Assembly: GCA_000004985.1 (NCBI GenBank)
Contig: GG738864.1
Source of the DNA: Naegleria gruberi
Taxonomy: Eukaryota
DNA length: 64,000 bases
Direction: 5' to 3' (one strand)
This document shows, in pieces, positions 23,832-34,070 of this stretch; positions within the stretch are counted from its first letter, which is position 1; each line of letters opens with the position of its first letter. Under the pieces are notes generated by a model. That model did not search any database. It was not told the origin of the DNA and saw only the letters and a program-made list of their open reading frames with translations. The position numbers and the translations under genes are program-made.

Positions 23832-25808
23832 TTATTGTATCTTCCATTGCATGATACAAACATCACCTCCACCAGCACTGAAGAGATAATCACCATTTTC
23901 TGTAAATTTGACATTTGTAACATGTGAACAGTGACCCAAATATTCGACTCGTTGAGGAGTTGTTGTGGCTGTTGGATAGTGGAATGTTGTCACTCTTCCA
24001 TTATCACCTGCTGATACAAGTAATTGTCTTCCAAAATGAACAGCTGTTGCATTGATATCAGTTCCATCCATGTCTGATTTCCAAACACCTCTAACTTTCC
24101 AAGCAACTGTACAAGTAACACTTGCCCAGTCAAATTCTTCCAAATGACCATCATGAGTAAGTTGCTTGCCTTGAGAAACATCCCACAATAAAACTTCGTA
24201 ATCTCCACTCAATGTTCTCATCAATTTACCATCTGTAGTAAAGTCAATTGATTTAACAAATGAAGTGTGACCCACCAACTTTTTGATAACCTTAAAGGTA
24301 CTTGTTTCATACAAATAGATATTATTATCGTGAGAACCAGCTGCGAGGTATTTTCCATCTGGTGAAAATTGAAGAGCAGCAATTTCTTCTTTAGCATCTC
24401 TGGAATTTACAATAGGTTGAGATGAAATAGAGTCTCCATTGAAAGAATAAACGAAAAGAGTTCCATATTTAGTACCTGTTGCAATGTAGTGGCCAAAATA
24501 TGCTACCGATCTCAAATCCCCCTTTGTTGTAACCTTAATTTGTTGTACATGTTTTCTTGTTCCATAATTCCACAAGATTAATCTTCCATCGTCACCGCAA
24601 GAGCAAAAGTATGGGGTTTGTGGAATTGTACATAATCCCCACAATTCAGTTTGTTGATCTCCGTAGTGAGAAACCAATAAGAGCTCGACCTTGGACTTGT
24701 TAGAAATTCTTACCAAATCACCATTTGTCCTGGAAGCATAAACTACATCATCCTCCACTGTTGAAGGAACAACACTTCTAACTTGATCCATTAAATTGAG
24801 GGAGGCAACATCTTTGAACATGTTTACACCTTCAACTTTTTCATTTGTGAATTGCCACCAAATAACTTTACCATCTCTACCGCTTGAAATGAATCCATTA
24901 CTAGTTCTATAAATACAATATACAGTTCCTGAGTGAGCTTGTTTTTTAAAGACAAGTTTGTTTGAAGAAAAGACATAGAGAGAACCGTCCTTCATACCAC
25001 AAATTGGATTTCCCTCCAAATCGTAGCAGGATGTGTAGGATGATTGAGCAGTACCTCTTGGTGAAAAGATTGCTTGATTAAAATGTTCAGTATTGAGACA
25101 CAACGTATCAAAACATACCTTGTTTTGCTTTGAGACCTTCGTTGATTTCAAAGAATTTGGCAGTATTTTTACCTCCAAGTAAAATCTTACTGTCATCTGG
25201 ACTAAAGCTCAAATCAAAAACTTCTCCGTTATGAGCTTTACAATGACCTAGAAGAGTTCCACTTTGCCAATCATAGACCAATAGAAGATTATCTAACTCA
25301 GGACCTCCAACAGCTGCCAATTTGGTTCCATCATTTGAAAAAGCAAGTGTATAAACACCACCATTTTTGAAAAAGATATGTGAATCCAAAACTTGAATTG
25401 GTTCATAAGGGTTACTACTATTCCAAACACAAATTATATTATTCTTTCCCAAATTACCTGTTGCAAATGTTTCTCCATTCGGACTAGAGAATTTCATTAA
25501 TATATTACATCCACTTTTAAAACCTACTGTTTGGCAATACAAGTAACATCATCAGTGTGCTTGATAAATATCTTTTGAGCATTAATTTCTGGATTATAAA
25601 CAACACCACAAGCAGCAGCAGGATAGACCAATTCTCCACTATTATTCATATGGAAAATATTACCATTACATCCCTTCTTACTACACCCATGAATAAATTC
25701 CAACTCGAGATTATTTGGAGGAGGAATATCCAGCAATGAGGAGGCATCCGAAGGAGCATGTAAGGTTGTTTTCAAAAAGCGAGGATGACGGCCAGCAGAG
25801 GTTATCAT
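23832..25808 (-). CDS. EML/EMAP (echinoderm microtubule-associated protein-like) WD40 protein, ~628 aa, 3 exons (25808..~25528, 25483..25119, 25072..23832)
   Basis: The HELP motif region LELEFIHGCSKKGCNGNIFHMNNSGELVYPAAACGVVYNPEINAQKIFIKHTDDVTCIA|KHPNGETFATGNLG matches EML (LELEWVYGYRG...HTDDVKCLAIHPDKIRIATGQ). WD40 blades run throughout. The introns are 44 and 46 nt with GTAGGT and GTATGT donors. Confidence 0.85.
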
Positions 25809-26044
25809 TTTTTTTCAAGTAGTGTTGCTTGTTTGGTTCAATTAAGGGGTTGTGATGGTGTAACGGAAACCTTTAACTACAGAATGGAGAAAAAAAATTT
25901 GGAGGGAAAAATTTGCATCTCGAGAAAAGACATGTTTTTATTGAATCAATTATCACTCAATCATCAAGGAAGGAAATAATACTTTTGCATTGAGGAATGA
26001 TTTTGAAATAAAATTGATAGAAACAATTTAAAGATTACAAAAAA

Positions 26045-26581
26045 ATGGAACAACAATCATTAATGGTGGCCAAATTACCTCCGACTATTCGATTTCTGTT
26101 AGATAAGGCCTTCCGTAGACAAGTATTGGACAAGTGGAGTGATTGTAGTACTTTTACACAATTTATACAAATGTACAGAGTGGAGGCAGTGAGTGGAATT
26201 TTAGGATTAATAGGAAGTTGGGTTCTTGTAAATTGGAGATGGTTGTCTCATCCTGTTAGAGTGTCGTGGACTGCTGATCAAGAGTCGAGTAAAATTGTAT
26301 ATATTTTGACATCAAATAGTAAGAATTTTACAAAGGAATTGGCTATTGAAGCACTCAAAGAATTGAGATATATTCCCGATGATTTTCCAATTGCCACAAC
26401 TAATGTTCAAGTGTTGAGTGACAAGGAAATGCAAGTCACAATCGGAAAACAATCAAAGGAACAATTGAAAGCTTTTGTGGAGGAGAGGGATTTAATGTTT
26501 TCATCAAGTATTAAATCAACATTGTTTGGTACCTTGTTTAGTATTGGAATTGTTAATTGGATGAGAGCAATGACGAAATAG
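26045..26581 (+). CDS. hypothetical 178-aa protein with one predicted TM helix (SGILGLIGSWVLVNW); function unknown
   Basis: ATG-initiated ORF sharing a 236-bp divergent promoter with the EML gene. Confidence 0.4.
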   Translation: MEQQSLMVAKLPPTIRFLLDKAFRRQVLDKWSDCSTFTQFIQMYRVEAVSGILGLIGSWVLVNWRWLSHPVRVSWTADQESSKIVYILTSNSKNFTKELAIEALKELRYIPDDFPIATTNVQVLSDKEMQVTIGKQSKEQLKAFVEERDLMFSSSIKSTLFGTLFSIGIVNWMRAMTK

Positions 26582-26615
26582 TTAAATTTTAATTAAAAAA
26601 TATTATTTTCAATTT

Positions 26616-27071
26616 TATTGTAAGTTTCCAGAAAGCGTTTACGCAAAAAATTAACTTTTTTGATCGACTTGGTGCGACCTGACTTGATTTTGGATGACGT
26701 TAAAAACAGACGACTTTTGATTGATCCCCAAATCAACTAACACCAACCTGCAGTTGAAAGAAGAATTAACTCAATTTATTTTCTTTTGATATATTTGCAT
26801 AATTTGGTGTCAATTCTTCTTACTTTAACCTTTATTTCTCTCCAAGTTCTTTAGAAGTCTATTTGATAATAGTTCCACTGCAGTGCAAGCAATTAAAACA
26901 AGAATTGGATCGACCTTGAATCGATTGTAGTTGATTGCCGGTAGTCTGTGAATCGACTTTGAATCGATTTTGTTGCCAGTAAATTGACTTTTTTTTTCGA
27001 CTTAAAATGACTTTAGACGACTTGACTTGAAGTTAACTTTTGGCGTAAACGCTTTCTGGAAACTTACAATA
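26616..27071. mobile_element. MITE-like non-autonomous DNA transposon (~452 bp) with 27-29-bp perfect terminal inverted repeats and candidate TA target-site duplication (Tc1/mariner-Stowaway-like)
   Basis: The left end is TAttgtaagtttccagaaagcgtttacgc (26616-26644). The right end gcgtaaacgctttctggaaacttacaaTA (27043-27071) is its exact reverse complement. The TIR continues imperfectly inward to ~50 bp (aaaaaattaactt / aagttaactttt). The interior has no ORF and is rich in gacttga / gaatcgat subrepeats. Confidence 0.55.
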
Positions 27072-27187
27072 TCTCATTGATTTAAAATTAAAACAATAAT
27101 AGAGAATTATCTATGAACACATTGTAAATAACAAATATGAAAATTATTACGAAATTTTAAATTGAACTTTCATAATTTTACAAAAAT

Positions 27188-28336
27188 TTATTTGTTTTCG
27201 AAAAGCTTGGCAATATTCTTGCGAGCTTGTTGAAACTTAGTATTTGGACTCATATTTTCCTTATCCATATCGTTAGGGGTTGAGAGTTGCTTATTGACAA
27301 CCTTTGGAGAAACCTTTGGTGAGGCTACAACCTTGGAAAGAGGAACAGGTTTTCTAATTGGAGAACAAGTAAAGCTAGAGCTAGATTCCACATCTGACTC
27401 GGCATCATCTTGTCTTTGTAAATTATGAACACTACTGAACTTATTCTTAATGGCAGCAAACAATTCACCTTGGAATGCATTTGGATTCTTCTTCATTGGA
27501 GTACCACCTGGAGACTTTTGAATTGGTCTTAATTTTACAGAACCAGCCTTCTTAATCAAATCAGATATGGACATTGGTTGTTGATGAAGTGGTTCAGCCT
27601 TAGGTTGCTCGTTGTCGTCTTTTTTAACTATAGTGAATTTTGGTTTGGTAAGAACAATTGGTACTGTTGGAATACTCAACAATGGTGGTGGAGGAACACC
27701 AGCAGCAGCAGCTCCACCTGGAATCATCATCATTGGAGGAGGTTGAGGAATGTTAGAAATTGGAGGAGGTGGTGGAATATTGGTGGCTTGTTGTTGAATG
27801 GAGGATTTGACCCTCTTCTCGACTGTATTTCTGGCCACTGTTTTTCTGAGTGATGAAGATTGCTCGTTTTTAGAAACAATGGCAATTTGTTCCTTGAGCA
27901 TCATCAATTGTTGTTCCAAATCTTCCATCTTGGTGAGTGAATCCAAAGTAGATTCCAGACCTTCTAATGGTGATGTATTGTATGATGATTCTTGTTGTTT
28001 CTTCTTCTTATCGGGAGTAAAGTATCCCATTTGATGTCTCAAACGTTGAAAGTAAGCCTTCTTCTTTCGCTTTCTCTCCTTCATATCCTTCAAGGAGGAG
28101 ACATCATAGTTCTGAGTTATGGCATTAAAGACATCCTTTGCATACTCAACAAACCAATCTCTTGTATTGGAGAGAAGGGCCCACATGAAGAGGAAAGCTC
28201 GTTCGCCAAACACTGGCTGTTCAGATGATGCTGATGATGATTGATAATTGTGAAGACTTGAACTTCCTTGACGATTCATCATCCTAGCATGAGAGTTGTA
28301 ATTATTATTGGGTTGATAGTAATATTGGCCGTTCAT
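27188..28336 (-). CDS. proline-rich protein with WH2-like and C/A-like C-terminal motifs (possible WASP/WAVE-type actin nucleation-promoting factor), 382 aa
   Basis: A coiled-coil segment is followed by polyproline (NIPPPPPISNIPQPPPMMMIPGG...VPPPP). After that comes DLIKKAGSVKLRP (WH2-like), then GELFAAIKNKFSSVH (amphipathic C-like helix) and an acidic tail DDAESDVESS. Confidence 0.5.
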   Translation of the reverse strand: MNGQYYYQPNNNYNSHARMMNRQGSSSLHNYQSSSASSEQPVFGERAFLFMWALLSNTRDWFVEYAKDVFNAITQNYDVSSLKDMKERKRKKKAYFQRLRHQMGYFTPDKKKKQQESSYNTSPLEGLESTLDSLTKMEDLEQQLMMLKEQIAIVSKNEQSSSLRKTVARNTVEKRVKSSIQQQATNIPPPPPISNIPQPPPMMMIPGGAAAAGVPPPPLLSIPTVPIVLTKPKFTIVKKDDNEQPKAEPLHQQPMSISDLIKKAGSVKLRPIQKSPGGTPMKKNPNAFQGELFAAIKNKFSSVHNLQRQDDAESDVESSSSFTCSPIRKPVPLSKVVASPKVSPKVVNKQLSTPNDMDKENMSPNTKFQQARKNIAKLFENK

Positions 28337-28622
28337 ATTATTGTTGTTGTTGTCTTGATGATGCTCGCAGAAATGTAATTAATCATCAACAATAATGTGT
28401 CTAGTGGTTGTTTTTTTTGCTGATGAATTTTAATTTGTTTTGTGAATAAATGTAACGTTCGAATTTTTAATTCAAAACGGTCTTGTTTGGCGCCAAAGAT
28501 TTTATTTACCGTTTTGGATCTCTATTTAATTTAACTGCTGTCAGCCTTCTCTTTGAAACAAAAGCAATGTTGATTGTTATCCATCTGCCAGGAACAGTCA
28601 TCCACAGATTACGAATTGTCTT

Positions 28623-28716
28623 GAGTATCAACAATAATACCCTGATCTTATCTAATATTCAAAACAATATTTGACATTTAAGATATTTCAAGATTAGGGT
28701 ATTATTGTTGATACTC
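28623..28716. repeat. intergenic hairpin: 26-bp inverted repeat (1 mismatch) separated by ~40 nt
   Basis: The arm gagtatcaacaataataccctgatct (28623-28648) pairs with agattagggtattattgttgatactc (28691-28716). It lies in the ~1-kb divergent region between genes starting at 28336(-) and 29361(+). Confidence 0.5.
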
Positions 28717-29360
28717 AAACCAACTCTGACAAAGTATTGATCATCACCACTACTATTCATGCCATTGGAGGAATCATTCTGATATTGAGAAGACTATTGA
28801 GGCTAACATTTGTTTATTTTTCAACAAGGGTTAACATTTTGTTCAAAACAATTACAAAATCATTATTCAAAAAGTAATTATTTTATGGATGGCCCATGGA
28901 AAAAAGCTCTAAATCGACTCGGCATATCCTCACTTCATTATAATTCTACAATGCTCAATATCCTCTCCAAAGGATCAACAAGGATCGTCGAAATGTAGGC
29001 TCAAACTCTGAAAAATATTGCGCATTCTCACTCCGTAAAAAATATCTCTTTTGGTTGGTGATTTTTTCAAACTCCATTGCAATACTACTTCTTGGAGTAT
29101 TAATATCTTTCATCATCACATCTTGTTTATATAATTATAAATAATTATTTTGAGAAAGGATTTTTTTGGAAGATACTATCCCTCTCAATCCGATAATTAG
29201 ATCATCATCATTGGGTGAATTCACTTTTCCAATTTTTTTAAATTGTTGTAGGAGTTTAATATTTCAAACTGTACTTTTTTGCTAGTTGTAAACTCCATCA
29301 ACTCCGTTTAATAGAGAAAGAACATCCTTTTTGTTAGAAGAAGATAAATAACAGTTCAAC

Positions 29361-31787
29361 ATGCAGCCACCATCTGTTCTTCCACCACCACCCTTCTCCG
29401 AGCTTTACGTAAAAAGAGAATCAAATTATGAAGCAGCTGAACAAGTGAGTCATGCCAATAACCATCATCCATCTTTATCACCAGCAGAATCATCCAATAA
29501 CAATTCATCATCAGTAGTTGCTATATCCAATTTCCCACCAATCCTACCTCACCCAATACCAGTAAATACCGTCTCTAACCAACATCCATCCACTCATCAA
29601 CAACAACACTATTCAACAACAACCACCACTATTTTGGATCATGGACCAATGTTGTTAAATAATTCATACCATCAACCACAATCGACATCTTTTAATCCAG
29701 TATCCGCTTCAACAAACACCTCTGAAAAACAACCAAAGAAGAGAAAACAATCATCAGCGTCCATTCCTGTAAACAATATGATGACTGATGTAAACAATGG
29801 TGACTCACCAAAAAAGAAAAAGAAGAGAAAACAAGTGAAAAGAGCTTGTATTAATTGTCATAAGAGCCATGCTGGGTGTGATGAAGTTAGACCATGCAAG
29901 AGATGTGTTTCGTTAGGTTTAGAAGCAACATGTCTCGATGTTGAACCTAGAAATACCAAGAGAAAGTCAAGTGATGTTAAGAGTGAATCAAATAGTAATG
30001 CTGGAAATGGTTTGAGTGCTCCTCATTCTGGAAATCAGAATGTCGTGCAACAGACCTCATCTAATTCAATGCTTTCCAATTCTCATCTCCATTCTCTCCA
30101 CCATCACAACCCTAATAGTACAAATAATACCTCTCAAACAACAGCTAGTTTACCTCCTCCAATTTCTGCTTTGGGAGCTGCTTCATTGGGGGCAACAGTC
30201 AATTTGCATTCTCCACCTCAATTCACTCATCCAGGTCATCATTATTCAGCAGGTGGTCATCATTATGGAGCTTCTAGTGCACCAGGTTCATCTTACTTGC
30301 ATCATCCACTGTATCCACCTTCTGGTTCATTGATGGCTTCTCCTTCACTTTCACAAAATTCTGGAGGTTCAGGAGGATCCTATCAACAATATTCACAATC
30401 CTATCAGAGACACGCATTGTTACCTCCTCCATCATCTCTGATAAATTCAACAGATTATGATAATACACAAAATCCTGCTCAAAGAGGAGTTAATCCTGCA
30501 GGCCAACCAATTTCTGCACAATCACATTTGGCCTTAATTAATAGTGTAATGATGCAACAACAATTACTCATTCAAGCATTACAAAAACTTGAATCAGGTT
30601 CTACATTGGATCCAAGTATTACCAATAGCTTAATTGCTGGAAATAACATGATTGGACAAACATTGGATAACATGCCAACTAAATCTCAAGCATTACCAAA
30701 CTTGGCAGAGAAGACTCCATTAACCAGTTTAGACCCACATCTCAGACCTTCGGGTTACTTTTTACCACCATCTAGTCATTCATTATCTCCACCTAATTTA
30801 CTACCATCTGTAAATAGCAATTTATTATCACCAGGTACAAATACTAACCAAACCCCAATGAATAGAACCTACTCTTCAAGTTCATTGGAAGGATTACTTG
30901 GTCCAGCAACACCAACTGCAGCAACCCCCCTCTCTCATGTTGTTACAACACCTCTCAATTTGCATCCAGAAAGTGGTCCAATTACACCAATGCAAGAAGC
31001 TAGTCTTGCATTGTCAGGTCATTCTAATAGCCAAACTTTGAGTGCAAACAAGAATATTGAACAAACTCATCAACAACATCAACCATTATCACAACATCAA
31101 CATATTCAACAACCTCAAAAGGAAATGCAAAGAAAGGAACCAGAAAATTCTCCTTTACAGGAGAAACAACCAGAGCAAGAGCAAAAAGATGATGAACCAG
31201 AGGAATACGTTGTCAGTCTCTTTAGAAAACCAAATAATGACGTAGATATTATCGATGACTATTTTGCTCTTTTCAACAGCAATATTTCTGATGATGGCTA
31301 TGAGGAATATAATGTGGCCGAAACTCAAAACGAAAATACAACAGAAAGACCATCATCTGAGAATATTGTTGACGATTCGGAATTTAATACTTGTATAATA
31401 GGCAGGGATAATATTAATGATCCTTCACAATGTTCTGGAAGTGTATTCCTACCAGCTGGAGACGTTTGTGTTGCTGTTTGGAAATTGAATGGAGTACTGT
31501 ATTCAGGAAATAAGAACTTTTTCTCAGTTTTTGGAGTGCCAAGCCTTGTTGAAGGCAATCAAATTAATTTTTCATCGATTTTAGATATGGATTCAGATCC
31601 AGATTTGAAACAACTGTTTAGTTGTCGATCTGATTTTTATGCAAAGAAGACTAAATTGCACAGATATGTGGAAAAGAGAGATCAACCTGCAGATACTATT
31701 GAAGGTTTTTTACAGGCCTATGTTATCAGAGACTCTCAAGGAATTTTGCCAATCTATATCACCACCCACATATCTATTGCTAAATAA
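29361..31787 (+). CDS. Zn(II)2Cys6 binuclear-cluster (Gal4-type) transcription factor with C-terminal PAS-like domain, 808 aa
   Basis: A basic run KKKKKRKQVKRA is followed by CINCHKSHAGCDEVRPCKRCVSLGLEATC, which fits CX2CX6CX5CX2CX8C. Long His/Gln/Ser/Asn/Pro low-complexity regions follow. The C-terminal ~130 aa (VAVWKLNGVLYSGNKNFFSVFGV...IEGFLQAYVIRDSQGILPIYITTHISI) looks like a PAS fold. Confidence 0.8.
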   Translation: MQPPSVLPPPPFSELYVKRESNYEAAEQVSHANNHHPSLSPAESSNNNSSSVVAISNFPPILPHPIPVNTVSNQHPSTHQQQHYSTTTTTILDHGPMLLNNSYHQPQSTSFNPVSASTNTSEKQPKKRKQSSASIPVNNMMTDVNNGDSPKKKKKRKQVKRACINCHKSHAGCDEVRPCKRCVSLGLEATCLDVEPRNTKRKSSDVKSESNSNAGNGLSAPHSGNQNVVQQTSSNSMLSNSHLHSLHHHNPNSTNNTSQTTASLPPPISALGAASLGATVNLHSPPQFTHPGHHYSAGGHHYGASSAPGSSYLHHPLYPPSGSLMASPSLSQNSGGSGGSYQQYSQSYQRHALLPPPSSLINSTDYDNTQNPAQRGVNPAGQPISAQSHLALINSVMMQQQLLIQALQKLESGSTLDPSITNSLIAGNNMIGQTLDNMPTKSQALPNLAEKTPLTSLDPHLRPSGYFLPPSSHSLSPPNLLPSVNSNLLSPGTNTNQTPMNRTYSSSSLEGLLGPATPTAATPLSHVVTTPLNLHPESGPITPMQEASLALSGHSNSQTLSANKNIEQTHQQHQPLSQHQHIQQPQKEMQRKEPENSPLQEKQPEQEQKDDEPEEYVVSLFRKPNNDVDIIDDYFALFNSNISDDGYEEYNVAETQNENTTERPSSENIVDDSEFNTCIIGRDNINDPSQCSGSVFLPAGDVCVAVWKLNGVLYSGNKNFFSVFGVPSLVEGNQINFSSILDMDSDPDLKQLFSCRSDFYAKKTKLHRYVEKRDQPADTIEGFLQAYVIRDSQGILPIYITTHISIAK

Positions 31788-31894
31788 TACTTTAATAAAC
31801 ATTGATTCATTGTACATTTTTGAAATAATTCTGACAATATATTTATTTAATAATATGCCCTTCCTAATTTCAGGTTTAAGAAAATTAATAAGGT

Positions 31895-33688
31895 TTATTG
31901 ACTCTTGATTTTTTGAGTCGAGGTGGAATCCTTACTCAAAGCAAACTTGAGAATAATGTAAAGGAAAAGACCGAAGAAGACTGGACCACCCAAAGTTTCC
32001 TTCCAGATAAAGATGGAGTGTTCAACAGAGAGCAAAACGAATGAACAACCAATATAGTTGGTCATTGCTTGAGTGAAGAAGTATCCAAGAATATTGTAGA
32101 TGGCAATGGTTGGGGTAATGTGCTTCATAGATTCAATTGGGTGATAAATATCAAAGTTGTAATCGGCTGGAATAATGTGCTTTCTGAATAAGCTTCTGAA
32201 CACTGTTTTTCAAATGTGATTAATAATTTAGTTAATTGAAAACAACTTACTTCTACCGAATTCAACACCAACACCACAGAGAACAAAGAAAAGATAATAA
32301 CCAGGATAGAAACCGTGCCAAAAAGCAATGACGAGGAAAGTTTCGAACAATTCCTTAGTACCTGGTCTAGCGCCCTTTTTCTTATTTCTGAGATAGACAT
32401 CTAGATGAAACAATAATTAATAAATGTTAAAATAATGATTACTTACACTTCTTGACCCACTTGTGAACACCAATATTCCAGTGAATTGACAAGAGATATG
32501 GTGAAGAGGCAAGTTCAAATCTCCAGAAATCAATTTGAGAAACAGCAGACCAATCTTTCTTTACAGGATCATAACCAAAACCAGCCAACCAAGCAGAACC
32601 TTGAGCCATGTGCCAGACAAGATAATAACGGAATCTGAAAAATTCGACAACCAAAACAATAAAGAAGAATTTAGAGATCAAAGACATGGCAGCGAATTCT
32701 TCTCTATTATACATGATGAATTCTCTATCGAATTTATCAATTTGGGAGAAACCAATAAAGCTGATAACAATCATACCCAAATTATAGAAGAATCCACTAA
32801 GGGAGAATGGAATATGATCCAAATCGTACTATTAATTGTCACATCCAATCTATTCAATCACGAAAACTTACATTTCTCAAATAATGTCTAAAGTACTTCA
32901 AATCAAATGGTGGACCAGCCAACAATGCAGGATAGTAAAAGCAATAGGAAACATATTCCATGAATGAAGGAAGTTCAGACACACTAGCCTTAACCAATTC
33001 TTCATCGAGTTCTTCCTTAGCATTTGGATTGAGACCATCAGCATAGTTGAAAGCACAAGAGTTAATTCTCAAAACCATCATCATTAACATTGCACTATAG
33101 TCAACTCTTTGACTGGTGAAATCAGTTTGCATACGAATAAAGTGGCTATAATTTAACATTAGCAATCTTGAAAATGTGTGAAAATACATACGCAACAGAC
33201 AAGTAGGTCCATACAAAGGCAAAAACAAGTTTTGGAGCAATATTCTTTGGAAGAACAGCCATCATAAAATAGGAAAGGAAACTACAAGCAACACCATGGA
33301 AACCTTCATATCCGAAAGTAAAGATGGCATAAAACAATCCGAGAGTGCACAAATAAACAGTTTTCAAAAACACATTGTTTTTCAACAAGTTATTGTTAAA
33401 AATAATTCTATAAACAAAGCTCCAGAAATAGGTAAGGAGCAACATCAAAATGAAAATAGTTTGGTCAGCCTTCAATCCGATAGAGCTTCCCTTCTCATCC
33501 AAAAATTGATAAATAGGCTCGAAAATTGGATAAATTGGTTCTCCGACAGGTTCCAATAAATATTGTTGGGCATACTTTGCTCCATAACAAACGAAATTTG
33601 TTGGCATCACCAACCCCTCACAAGGAGTCATAAAATTCGGATGACTACTCAACAACCTCGGGAACAGCGAGTAATTAATTTCAGCCAT
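31895..33688 (-). CDS. MBOAT-family lysophospholipid acyltransferase (ALE1/LPCAT3-like), ~536 aa, 5 exons (33688..~33192, 33145..32873, 32829..32447, 32400..32251, 32202..31895)
   Basis: Six track ORFs join through introns of 43-48 nt with GTATGT or GTAAGT donors. The MBOAT signature VIAFWHGFYPGYYLFF with the catalytic His is present. Multiple TM helices are predicted. The exon junction ...EFGR|MFRSLFRKH... is in frame. Confidence 0.8.
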
Positions 33689-34070
33689 TTTTTTTTAAAA
33701 TTTTAAATAGTTCGCGCCACAGTTTTGCGATATCGTAATGCAAATCCGATAAGTCCTACAGAGTTTCAACTCTCTGCTCCGCATCATATTGTGGATGAAC
33801 AATTCATTGAAGTGAGAGAGGTGAGGAAGAAACAATATTGTTAAATTCTTGTTCTGAATGAAGATTGAAAGTAAGGTTTCGGAATATATATTATTATGGA
33901 AAGATGCTGAATTGTTAGAGTTTACAATGAGATATCTTGTTACCAAAATTGCACTCTTCACACTACAGTACATAATTATTTCACTATACCATCAATTGAG
34001 TATTATTGCATCAATGGTTACAATCTTTGTAATCATCATGAACCAATCATTAATTACTAATCAAAAAAAA

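Noticed and set aside
25500-25561. Apparent single-nucleotide frame disagreements between my reading of the sequence and the ORF track, for example around 25500-25561, 32855-33688 and 60960-61022
   Set aside because: I treat these as my own base-counting uncertainty in homopolymer runs or at line boundaries. I do not read them as real frameshifts or pseudogenes. ORF-track ends are used for gene limits, and splice coordinates are given as +/-1-2 nt.
33858-34070. Upstream extension of the serine racemase ORF to 33858
   Set aside because: The extended N-terminus is hydrophobic, unrelated sequence that encroaches on the MBOAT promoter. Homology begins right after the ATG at 34071.
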